Source of the DNA: a virus
Reading direction: 5' to 3' (one strand)
Virus record (IMG/VR): IMGVR_UViG_3300006076_000003
Span: 1-64,000 of that record
DNA: 64,000 bases
Shown here: positions 20,048 through 27,837 of the stretch, piece by piece
How positions within the stretch are numbered: position 1 is the stretch's first letter
How the letters are laid out: each line of letters begins with the position of its first letter
Program-made: the position numbers and the translations under genes
Notes under the pieces: generated by a model
The model's input: the letters and a program-made list of their open reading frames with translations, nothing else
What the model was told of the DNA's origin: nothing
The model's database searches: none

Positions 20048-20455
20048 TTAAATTAAATTTTTTAGAAGCTGCTTGCTGTATCTATAAAAACATAATTTTA
20101 GTTTAGATTGTTTTATTTTTAAAATACTTTCTGGTATTTGTTTTGTAATGTTATAAGTCATAAACACTGACCAACTATCCTCTGTACTACCTGCTTTTTG
20201 TACTAAGTACCTACTAATTGCTACATCTGATACTCCGTTCTCTTTTAATTTGTAGTACGTAGATGCTATAGTATCATTTACTCTTTGTTGTTTTTGCTTT
20301 TTTTCTAAAAACCAACTATCATTTACATACCACTTGTTGCTCTTTTTTTGCAGTGCTTTATTGCTTAAATGAGTATTTCTCATTCTAAATATTAAACTAT
20401 AAAGAGTACCCATTGGTATAGAATATTTTTCACCAAATTGTTGTAAAGTTAGCAT
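20048..20455 (-). CDS. HTH DNA-binding protein (paralog of 15488..15934)
   Basis: MLTLQQFGEKYSI..LY; shared YYKL and W motifs; start likely the second Met. Confidence 0.55.
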   Translation of the reverse strand: MLTLQQFGEKYSIPMGTLYSLIFRMRNTHLSNKALQKKSNKWYVNDSWFLEKKQKQQRVNDTIASTYYKLKENGVSDVAISRYLVQKAGSTEDSWSVFMTYNITKQIPESILKIKQSKLKLCFYRYSKQLLKNLI

Positions 20456-20456
20456 T

Positions 20457-20669
20457 TTAGATCTCCAAATAATCTGCTCTATTAGCAAGTTCTTTTAGAT
20501 AATCATATTCTTCACTATCTTTATCTACTTTTTCTAATAAATCTTCTATAATAAATAAATACCCTCTACCATCCTGTGTTATCATATAATAATCCATATT
20601 ATGTAAAATTTCTAATATATTAGGTGGTAAACGTGGTACATAAATAACTTTATATTCAAATGTTCTCAT
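20457..20669 (-). CDS. Hypothetical protein
   Basis: ORF with overlap coupling. Confidence 0.55.
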   Translation of the reverse strand: MRTFEYKVIYVPRLPPNILEILHNMDYYMITQDGRGYLFIIEDLLEKVDKDSEEYDYLKELANRADYLEI

Positions 20670-21606
20670 TTCTTATATCCTCTGTAATTTGTGTTAGATT
20701 GCTTATGTAGCTATATAAATCTTCTGCAATAGGCTCTTTTCTACTTTTAAGTTCTTTAACAATTTTTATGTATAGTTCAGATTTACTGTATAATAGCATT
20801 AATGCTTTTAATAACACACTTGTTGGTGTTTTATCAAAATCTTTTTGTGTTACTGATAAGTCATATCTTTCAGATTTTGTATCTCTATAAAAATTTTCAA
20901 ATGGTGTATCAAACCGTTCATCACCAACAGTAATAAATACATCAAATATGTTTGCATCTGAATCTTTAAGAGTGTTAAGGTAAATGAATTTATAAGTACT
21001 CATATTTAGTTTTACTTTTTTAAGTAAAACATCACTCCACTTTTTTGAAAACTTTAATGAGGCCCCCCAAAATATATTAAATTTATACTCTTTACTTGAA
21101 CCAAACATATACTCTAAGTCAGTAGAAGTTAACGATTTATCTTTAACACTTGTCTCTACTAATTTTAATGTAAAATCATTAAGGTTATCTTGTCCAATAA
21201 AAAGTCGTTCTTTTAATATTACACGCTTTTTAATATCTGCAGCTTCAAACAAATCATCTACTACATCTCTTCTTAATAGATCTAATGACTTCTTTGTAAT
21301 TGATTCATCAATACCAGTTACTAAATTAGCAAATTTTGATTGATACCCTTTAAAATGTTGTGCATAATTTCTTTCAATACTTTGAGTTATTTTATAAGCG
21401 TCATCATAAGTATAATAAGAGTGTGTATCAATCTCAAATATTTCTTCAAGCATACTATTTTTAATATGGTATAGAATAAAAGTAAGTGCTTTATCCTGCA
21501 ACTCTTTAGAGTCTATTAACTGTTGTTTAACTTCAGAAACAAATCTCTCATCAGTCTTAAGTTTTTCTATTACACTTAAAATATCTTGTATATCTATTTT
21601 TTGCAT
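20656..21606 (-). CDS. Hypothetical protein
   Basis: 316-aa ORF with AAGGA RBS. Confidence 0.6.
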   Translation of the reverse strand: MQKIDIQDILSVIEKLKTDERFVSEVKQQLIDSKELQDKALTFILYHIKNSMLEEIFEIDTHSYYTYDDAYKITQSIERNYAQHFKGYQSKFANLVTGIDESITKKSLDLLRRDVVDDLFEAADIKKRVILKERLFIGQDNLNDFTLKLVETSVKDKSLTSTDLEYMFGSSKEYKFNIFWGASLKFSKKWSDVLLKKVKLNMSTYKFIYLNTLKDSDANIFDVFITVGDERFDTPFENFYRDTKSERYDLSVTQKDFDKTPTSVLLKALMLLYSKSELYIKIVKELKSRKEPIAEDLYSYISNLTQITEDIRNENI

Positions 21607-21778
21607 TGTCTTCCTTTAATTAAAGTTTAATTGTTGTTCTCTATTTTGTTCAGCAAAATAAGATTGTAAAGCAAATATTGCTGCATCTGTTTTAAAAGGT
21701 TTAGCTTTATGAAAAATATAAACTTTTTTATGTCTTTTAAAAAGCTCTAACTGGAAACGTGTGTTAAAAATAAACATT

Positions 21779-22381
21779 TTATGCATCCTTTGGATTTATT
21801 ATGTTTTCTACTATGCTGTCTATAGTATTTAGTAGTACTTCATTATTTTGAAGATTGCTATCTTTCATTTGCTTAAAACCATTTGCTTGTAACACTTTAT
21901 TCCATATAGCAGTACGAATATCTTTATCACTCATAAACACACTCATAAAATTCATTTTTATCTGTTTAATACTTTTTGCCATAATTTCAACATCTTTTTT
22001 ATGTGTGAATATTAAAATGTCAGCAGTAGTATTTATGTCAGTAACAGAACTAAATGTGTTAATTAGTCTAAATGGTATTTTATGTAATAAATACATATCC
22101 CCATATTTAGGGTAGCTATTAAAATAAGCTTTTAATGTTTCTTTTTTAGCAGCATTTTCTTTTATAGTAAATAAGTCTAATCCTAATTTTGATGCTTCCT
22201 CCATACTAAAAAAGAAATCAAAATCTGCTTTACTGTTATCTAAATGACTATTAGTAATGAATGCTCTTGAACCAAATAATCTATTTTCAATAAAGTACCA
22301 TTGTGAAGCAGTAAAATTAGCTCTGTTTATTTCCATTGTTAATTTTTTACTAAATAATGTCTTTTTTACCATGTTTGCCAT
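21779..22381 (-). CDS. Hypothetical protein
   Basis: 200-aa ORF with AAGGA RBS. Confidence 0.6.
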   Translation of the reverse strand: MANMVKKTLFSKKLTMEINRANFTASQWYFIENRLFGSRAFITNSHLDNSKADFDFFFSMEEASKLGLDLFTIKENAAKKETLKAYFNSYPKYGDMYLLHKIPFRLINTFSSVTDINTTADILIFTHKKDVEIMAKSIKQIKMNFMSVFMSDKDIRTAIWNKVLQANGFKQMKDSNLQNNEVLLNTIDSIVENIINPKDA

Positions 22382-23112
22382 TCCTTTTTGTATTTACCAT
22401 TATTGTGATACTTAATAACTTTGTCCCTAAATGCCTCTGAGTATTCTGCCTCAAAATCTGACTTACAAGTGTGCACATTTTTACTCGGGCAGTCCCAATT
22501 GGAGTAATCATGATAGATAATAACATCTTCTAAATAGTCATTAGTTAATGATGCTATTTCTTGTTCTAATGTAATAGAAGCTTTTGTATCACCAGTAATA
22601 ACTATTGATCTTTCATTATCTAAATCTGAAATAACAAGTCCATTAGACTGTGTTTCACCATGAAATGTTTCTTTAAGTGGAAATAGATAGATATTATTAA
22701 TAATATTTGCACCTCTATCGATTAATTCTACAATTGAACTTGTTATAGATACTTTAGGGTTTGTTCTACCTCCACTATAAAGTTTTCTATTTGTTATTTT
22801 AAGTTTTAAATACTGTATAACTTCCATATTAGCAGCATAATATGTCATAGTCACATTATTTTTAAAATAATTCCAAAACATCAACGTTTCTAAGTTACCT
22901 ACATGATCATCGTGTATATGACTTATAAACACATGTTTTATTTGTTTAATATGAAAATCCGTAGTTGTCTTTTCTAACTGAATTAATCTTTGCATTATAT
23001 TAAAACCACAATCAAATAGTAAATATTCATTTTTACTAACTTCAATTAAAAAACTACTATTTGTTGATAGTGGATCTAATCCACCACCATTACCTAACTG
23101 TATAAACTTCAT
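22366..23112 (-). CDS. Metallo-beta-lactamase-fold hydrolase (RNase Z/Apyc1-like)
   Basis: LGNGG, NSSFL, LFDCG, SHIHDDHVGNLE (HxHxDH), H, TGDT, YHD, H motifs. Confidence 0.85.
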   Translation of the reverse strand: MKFIQLGNGGGLDPLSTNSSFLIEVSKNEYLLFDCGFNIMQRLIQLEKTTTDFHIKQIKHVFISHIHDDHVGNLETLMFWNYFKNNVTMTYYAANMEVIQYLKLKITNRKLYSGGRTNPKVSITSSIVELIDRGANIINNIYLFPLKETFHGETQSNGLVISDLDNERSIVITGDTKASITLEQEIASLTNDYLEDVIIYHDYSNWDCPSKNVHTCKSDFEAEYSEAFRDKVIKYHNNGKYKKEWQTW

Positions 23113-23115
23113 TTG

Positions 23116-23334
23116 TTATCCTTTACATTTAATTATTTTATATCGATATGGTAGGTCTATTTGTTTTTCACCTTCTACAAATTTTATTGCTTCAAATAGA
23201 TTATCAAATACACATAAGCTAAGTCCTATGTTTTTTATTTTATTCTTAACTACCCATTGATGACCAATAGTCAAATAGTAAACTCTAACTTTAGTAGTCT
23301 CAATAGCTTTAGCAGCTGCTATTATATAACTCAT
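23116..23334 (-). CDS. Small paralog family member
   Basis: MSYIIA..VYYL..FDNLFEAIK..YRYKIIK. Confidence 0.7.
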   Translation of the reverse strand: MSYIIAAAKAIETTKVRVYYLTIGHQWVVKNKIKNIGLSLCVFDNLFEAIKFVEGEKQIDLPYRYKIIKCKG

Positions 23335-23513
23335 TTTTTACCTTTCATTAAAAAAACAATTGTTACTGGCCAAAGCAATAAGACAATTTGCCAAATAAGC
23401 AATATTTGTATTAACCGTCCTATAGATTTGTTGCGAATTAAAACAACAAGTTTAGGAGCAGTTAATACATAACCCACAAAATAACCAGCTAAGTACGCTT
23501 GTTCGACGAACAT
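23331..23513 (-). CDS. Small membrane protein
   Basis: Two hydrophobic segments. Confidence 0.5.
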   Translation of the reverse strand: MFVEQAYLAGYFVGYVLTAPKLVVLIRNKSIGRLIQILLIWQIVLLLWPVTIVFLMKGKK

Positions 23514-23603
23514 GCAATAATCTGTGGATTGTAGCCTTTTGCTTTAAAGGCTTCAAACATGGAAAATGCAATGTACTCATCAGAGTACATCACAGTTTGC
23601 TGT

Positions 23604-23984
23604 CTACGCTTTGGGTGCTGATAAATTATCTTTACCATTTGTCTCTCCTTCAATTAAACTAAGTTTTGCTTTTGCTTTAGCAAGTCTTTTTTGAATTCTT
23701 GCTTGTTCTTGCATTTTAAAAACTTGCTCCTCTAACAGGTCAAGTTCTGACTTTTCAGTTGCTTTAGCAAACAATTTTTTAACATTTTCAAAACTAACAT
23801 TATGTACAACAAAATAGGTAGTACCTGTTGTCTTTTTAGTTAATTCTGAACCTGATGCCATTAGATAAGCACCAGATGTTGAAAAATCATCACGAGGTGT
23901 AAGCCCAAGTTCCTCACATTTTTCTTCAATAGCATCTGCTGCTCTATACAGTTGTTTAATTAATGGGGCATTTCTTAATGACAT
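23604..23984 (-). CDS. Hypothetical protein
   Basis: AAGGAG RBS, 126 aa. Confidence 0.6.
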   Translation of the reverse strand: MSLRNAPLIKQLYRAADAIEEKCEELGLTPRDDFSTSGAYLMASGSELTKKTTGTTYFVVHNVSFENVKKLFAKATEKSELDLLEEQVFKMQEQARIQKRLAKAKAKLSLIEGETNGKDNLSAPKA

Positions 23985-24331
23985 TTAATCTCCTTTATTT
24001 TAATACCAATATCTTTTTTTATTGTATATAGATCATCACTTGGTTTAGTCAACTCATAAATAGACCCAACAAAAGTTACATAGCGTAATTGTTTGATGTT
24101 GTATTTTTTTATGAGCTTTTTATCTTTAACCCAAATGTGATCAATTTCATAATCCACACCATCTATTTTGATGTGTGTAAATAGCATGGAGTCCTTGGCA
24201 GCATTACAGCTGCTACCGTTTTTTATATATTTAGCCGTAAACAACAACTTTTTATCTAATAGATTGTTGTTTTTTAAAAACGTTAGACGGTCTGATTGCT
24301 GTATTCTCATTTCCATGATACCCTCCCCCAA
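23975..24331 (-). CDS. Hypothetical protein
   Basis: ORF with DHIWV motif; start uncertain. Confidence 0.55.
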   Translation of the reverse strand: MGEGIMEMRIQQSDRLTFLKNNNLLDKKLLFTAKYIKNGSSCNAAKDSMLFTHIKIDGVDYEIDHIWVKDKKLIKKYNIKQLRYVTFVGSIYELTKPSDDLYTIKKDIGIKIKEIKCH

Positions 24332-24537
24332 CCATGCGGCGAGTCGAAATTAGGGTACCCTTGGAATGCTGTCTCTGTGGACAGCAAAAATTCCTCGGTA
24401 TTGCTGTAATAAGGCTCATCTGCCCAACCCTCAAATGGTACCTCTTGTTGCTGTGATTCAATACAACAATCTTGGCTTACATATTCTTCCGCTTCAATTG
24501 CATTTGCTAATTCTTCAAGTTCTTTAATTAATAACAT
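24307..24537 (-). CDS. Small acidic early protein
   Basis: AGGAG RBS; E/D-rich. Confidence 0.55.
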   Translation of the reverse strand: MLLIKELEELANAIEAEEYVSQDCCIESQQQEVPFEGWADEPYYSNTEEFLLSTETAFQGYPNFDSPHGWGRVSWK

Positions 24538-24579
24538 AATACGCTCTCCTGTAATTAAATTTTTATTCTTAACTAAAGT

Positions 24580-24732
24580 CTATAATTTGACTTTAATTAT
24601 TGCTGGGCGGTTTTCATGTTTATCCGCCGCAGCTTTTGCTGACTCATAATCAGCATATATTAGTCTTTCGACTAACTTCTCAGTTGAGTCAAAGTACGAC
24701 TCTTCACCCCATTCTAAAATGTAAACATACAT
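24580..24732 (-). CDS. Small hypothetical protein
   Basis: AAGGAG RBS before ATG 24732 (MYVYILEWGE..). Confidence 0.55.
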   Translation of the reverse strand: MYVYILEWGEESYFDSTEKLVERLIYADYESAKAAADKHENRPAIIKVKL

Positions 24733-24754
24733 TTTTTCTCCTTTAATTAAATTT

Positions 24755-24847
24755 TTATTCCTGCCAACCGCACGCTTGGCAGTAGCTGTTTGTAACCCAA
24801 TGTCCACACATAGGACAATCGCCTGTGTAAAATTTTGTAATTTGCAT
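24755..24847 (-). CDS. 30-aa zinc-ribbon peptide (not in ORF track)
   Basis: MQITKFYTGDCPMCGHWVTNSYCQACGWQE; AAGGAG RBS; two CxxC. Confidence 0.6.
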   Translation of the reverse strand: MQITKFYTGDCPMCGHWVTNSYCQACGWQE

Positions 24848-24930
24848 ATTTACTCCTTTTAGCTTGTATATGCTATTAAAATAATAGCAAGTATTACAGC
24901 AAAATCTAATAACATTGCTATGGCCATTTT

Positions 24931-25071
24931 TTATCCTTTCACCATAGCTTGATATATTGATACTTCAAATTGAAATGGGCTCCCTAAAGGTTTCCATCCC
25001 ATAGCAATATGCTCTCTAACAAATTCCTCTAAAAGGTCAATTGTGTGACCTTGCAAAATTCTATAGCTCAT
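24931..25071 (-). CDS. DUF1737-like small protein (not in ORF track)
   Basis: MSYRILQG..LEEFVREHIAMGWKPLGSP..YQAMVKG; AGGA RBS. Confidence 0.6.
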   Translation of the reverse strand: MSYRILQGHTIDLLEEFVREHIAMGWKPLGSPFQFEVSIYQAMVKG

Positions 25072-25096
25072 AATATTATAATCCTACAATTAATAT

Positions 25097-25122
25097 AGCA
25101 GTTTAAAGTCTTGCTTAGGACT
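25097..25122 (-). ncRNA. Pseudoknot motif copy 1
   Basis: AGTC-CTAAGCAA-GACT-TTAAAC-TGCT. Confidence 0.65.
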
Positions 25123-25127
25123 GAGTA

Positions 25128-25481
25128 TTAGTTGCAGATGAATCCAGGTACACTTACAATGTTGCCTTTAGCATCTCTTGTTGCATTGTTAGTATCTGGT
25201 GCCACTAAGTCTTGACGCTCAGGGAATGCAGCAAGGATCATAGCACTAACAATTAAAATTTTGTTAGGTTGTGGTTCAGGTAAGTTGTGGCCAGTGACCA
25301 CTTGACGGGAGACTGTGAACATATCTATGTCCCCCACGATTTGATTTTCTTTTTCAAGGCGAGCCTCATTACCTGATGGCTCATAAGTGGTTGTACCCCA
25401 GCCGTTTTTTAATGTAATTGCATGTGGAGTCCAATTCTCCACTACTAATTCTGTATAATTCATTAAAGTATCCTCAATCAT
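25128..25481 (-). CDS. Conserved-type phage hypothetical protein (NxTPH motif)
   Basis: NWTPH..PSG..ARL..LPEP..IVS..DLVAPD..RD..G pattern. Confidence 0.65.
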   Translation of the reverse strand: MIEDTLMNYTELVVENWTPHAITLKNGWGTTTYEPSGNEARLEKENQIVGDIDMFTVSRQVVTGHNLPEPQPNKILIVSAMILAAFPERQDLVAPDTNNATRDAKGNIVSVPGFICN

Positions 25482-25519
25482 TTTATTCTCCTAAAATTAG
25501 ATTTTTTGACCTATAGGGT

Positions 25520-25553
25520 AGGCCTCCTTAGGTCTGTGCCTGAGGGGCTTTTT
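25520..25553. terminator. GC-rich hairpin with T tract
   Basis: GCCTCCTTAGG-TCTGTG-CCTGAGGGGC-TTTTT. Confidence 0.45.
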
Positions 25554-25723
25554 ATATAAGTCTTAATTAAATCTTAATTTATTTATTAAAACTTAATTAA
25601 AACTTAATAGAAATAATCAAAATAGTTGTTATGACTGTATAAGTTTTAAACTTTAAAGTTGTATAAAAAATATACAGTCTATTTTTGAGGTTTGTGGGTT
25701 TGTTGGTTTTGTTTAGAGGGCTG

Positions 25724-26041
25724 TTAGAGGTCTGGAAGGAGCTCCAAATGCTCCTCCCTACCGCTATTTTCCACGTATAGCTCCTCATAAATTTTGTCGT
25801 AAATCCCCTCTTTCCCAAGAGACGATAACTCTCGTAAATGTGTGAGGTACCACTCTTGTCCACCTATATAATCCAAGTAACTACCGCCTTCAGCTTTAGC
25901 TTTTGCTTTAGACTGCTTAATTATCAATTTTTCTAAAGCTTTATCACTCATCTTTGGAGTGATTTTTAATTCCTTTATTTTGCCTATTACTGCCTTAGTG
26001 CGTTTAAACACTAAGCCAGCAATCTCTTGCTTGTAATGCAT
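25724..26041 (-). CDS. Hypothetical early protein
   Basis: AAGGAG RBS before ATG 26041 (MHYKQE). Confidence 0.6.
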   Translation of the reverse strand: MHYKQEIAGLVFKRTKAVIGKIKELKITPKMSDKALEKLIIKQSKAKAKAEGGSYLDYIGGQEWYLTHLRELSSLGKEGIYDKIYEELYVENSGREEHLELLPDL

Positions 26042-26347
26042 TTCTGCTCCTTTAATTAATAAATTCAATTAACCGAGGCCCCGTACGAGGTAATAGATAG
26101 AGTGTCGACACTATAAGTAGATATTGTTTATTTGTTAAAAAATAACAAATAAAAACAAAAGTAATATATGCTCTTTAAAAAACAGGCTACTCAAAGGTAG
26201 TTCCTAAGGAGAGCATATAAAACTCAATGCTGCTTTCCGTAGAAAACAGCAGTGAATTTTAAATTAAACTTAGACCAGCCCAAATGTCTATTTTTTCAAG
26301 TTTGGGCAGTCGTCCCAAAATTAAAAAATTAGGACACATACTCTTTA

Positions 26348-26586
26348 TGACCTTTTCGTGGTCATGTGGTGTAACCTAAGGGTTACACACCACTGCCCAC
26401 AACGCAAAATTAAGGTTATGGTCATTTCGTGGTCAAATTTCGTGGTCAAAATTTAACTCAAAAAACCCATGAAATAAGGCTTTGTCACTTTCATGGTCAT
26501 TTCGTGGTCAAATTTCGTGGTCAAATTTCGTGGTCAAAATGGTTGACCATGAAACCTCTTGTGGTCAAATAAAATGACCACGAAAA
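26348..26586. repeat. Iteron-like array TTTCGTGGTCA (origin-like element D) with hairpin
   Basis: Exact copies at 26354, 26425, 26438, 26500, 26513, 26526; variant at 26489; inverted copies at 26544 and 26575; hairpin GTGTAACC-TAAG-GGTTACAC at about 26369-26388. Confidence 0.85.
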
Positions 26587-26657
26587 TGTTAAATATTTAA
26601 TATTAGTTTAAAATTAAATGTGTATAATACACACATATAAATACTAAGGAGCAAGTG

Positions 26658-26828
26658 ATGAGAAAAAACATATGGTTCTCAAAATATCAACAAGAGATAA
26701 TGAGAGGGATAAAACAGTTTACAGATAACGTAAAAGAGACTGATTCAGAAATAATCAGAAAATCAATGGAATACTACCTACAGTATTTAAAAGATAACAA
26801 AATGGAGAAAGTGAATGATGAAAAATAA
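26658..26828 (+). CDS. Ribbon-helix-helix (CopG-like) protein, 56 aa (not in ORF track)
   Basis: MRKNIWFS..SEIIRKSMEYYL; AAGGAG RBS; TATAAT at 26623; overlaps next gene. Confidence 0.7.
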   Translation: MRKNIWFSKYQQEIMRGIKQFTDNVKETDSEIIRKSMEYYLQYLKDNKMEKVNDEK

Positions 26829-27798
26829 CACAGAGGTAATAGAATTTGAAAAGTACTTTAACAAGGTACCTGATGAATTAATAACACCAGATTGGCTATA
26901 TAAAAACCTTATTGAGAAAAATTCATTAAACGTTATGTTTGGTGCAACAGGATCTATGAAAAGTTTTGTTATTTTAGATATGCTATTGCATATAACAAAT
27001 AATAAAGATTGGCAAAACTTTAAATTAAAAGAGCAAGATGTTGTTGCTCTATATGTTGCTGGGGAAGGACAGACTGGTCTAAACCTTAGAATAAAAGCAG
27101 CATGTAATAAACATGAATTAAATCATGACAATTTGTTAATAAGCAAAACACCTGTTGATTTAATGAATGAGGGACATATTAACAAATTAATAGCAGCAAT
27201 TAAGAGTATAGATAAACATGTTTTTATCATATTTGATACACTAAACAGAAACTTTAGTGGTGATGAAAATAGCAGCAAAGATATGGCTGTTGTATGGCAG
27301 AATGTAACAAGATTAACAAAAGTTAATGCTACTGTTATGATAATTCACCATACAGGACATGGTGTTTCAAATAGAGCAAGAGGTAGTTCATCTATAAGAG
27401 CAGCAATGGATGGTGAGTTTGGTGTAGAACTCAATAAGGAAACAAAAGTTATAACTGTTTCAAATACCAAAGCTAAAAACACTGAAGAAGCAGATGCTAT
27501 TACTTTAACATATGAAAAAGTTATATTAGGAAAAGATGAAGACGATGATGACATTACCTCATTAGCATTGTTACCTTATATTGATGAGGACAGCAATGAT
27601 ACAGAAGAAGTATTAATAAATACTGCTGAACTCATCAAAGATAAATTACCTATGAGTCATAAAGACATTAACAAATTGATTGCTGATGTTTTTAATAAGG
27701 CAGAGGAGACAGTTAGAAAAAGCATAAAACCAAAGGTCTATGCTTATCTAAAAGATAAATATAACATCCAGTCCGCTAAATCTGGCTGGGTGTTATGA
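26815..27798 (+). CDS. AAA_25 / RSF1010 RepA-like helicase
   Basis: GATGSMKSF, YVAGEG, IFDTLNR..GDENS, IHHTG, RARGSS motifs. Confidence 0.85.
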   Translation: MMKNNTEVIEFEKYFNKVPDELITPDWLYKNLIEKNSLNVMFGATGSMKSFVILDMLLHITNNKDWQNFKLKEQDVVALYVAGEGQTGLNLRIKAACNKHELNHDNLLISKTPVDLMNEGHINKLIAAIKSIDKHVFIIFDTLNRNFSGDENSSKDMAVVWQNVTRLTKVNATVMIIHHTGHGVSNRARGSSSIRAAMDGEFGVELNKETKVITVSNTKAKNTEEADAITLTYEKVILGKDEDDDDITSLALLPYIDEDSNDTEEVLINTAELIKDKLPMSHKDINKLIADVFNKAEETVRKSIKPKVYAYLKDKYNIQSAKSGWVL

Positions 27799-27837
27799 TA
27801 CCATGTTATCTCTGAGAAAGAGGTTAAACCTCTTCCT

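Noticed and set aside
26348-26586. Possible CRISPR array
   Set aside because: Repeats are 11 bp, nearly abutting, in both orientations and lack unique spacers; iteron-like instead
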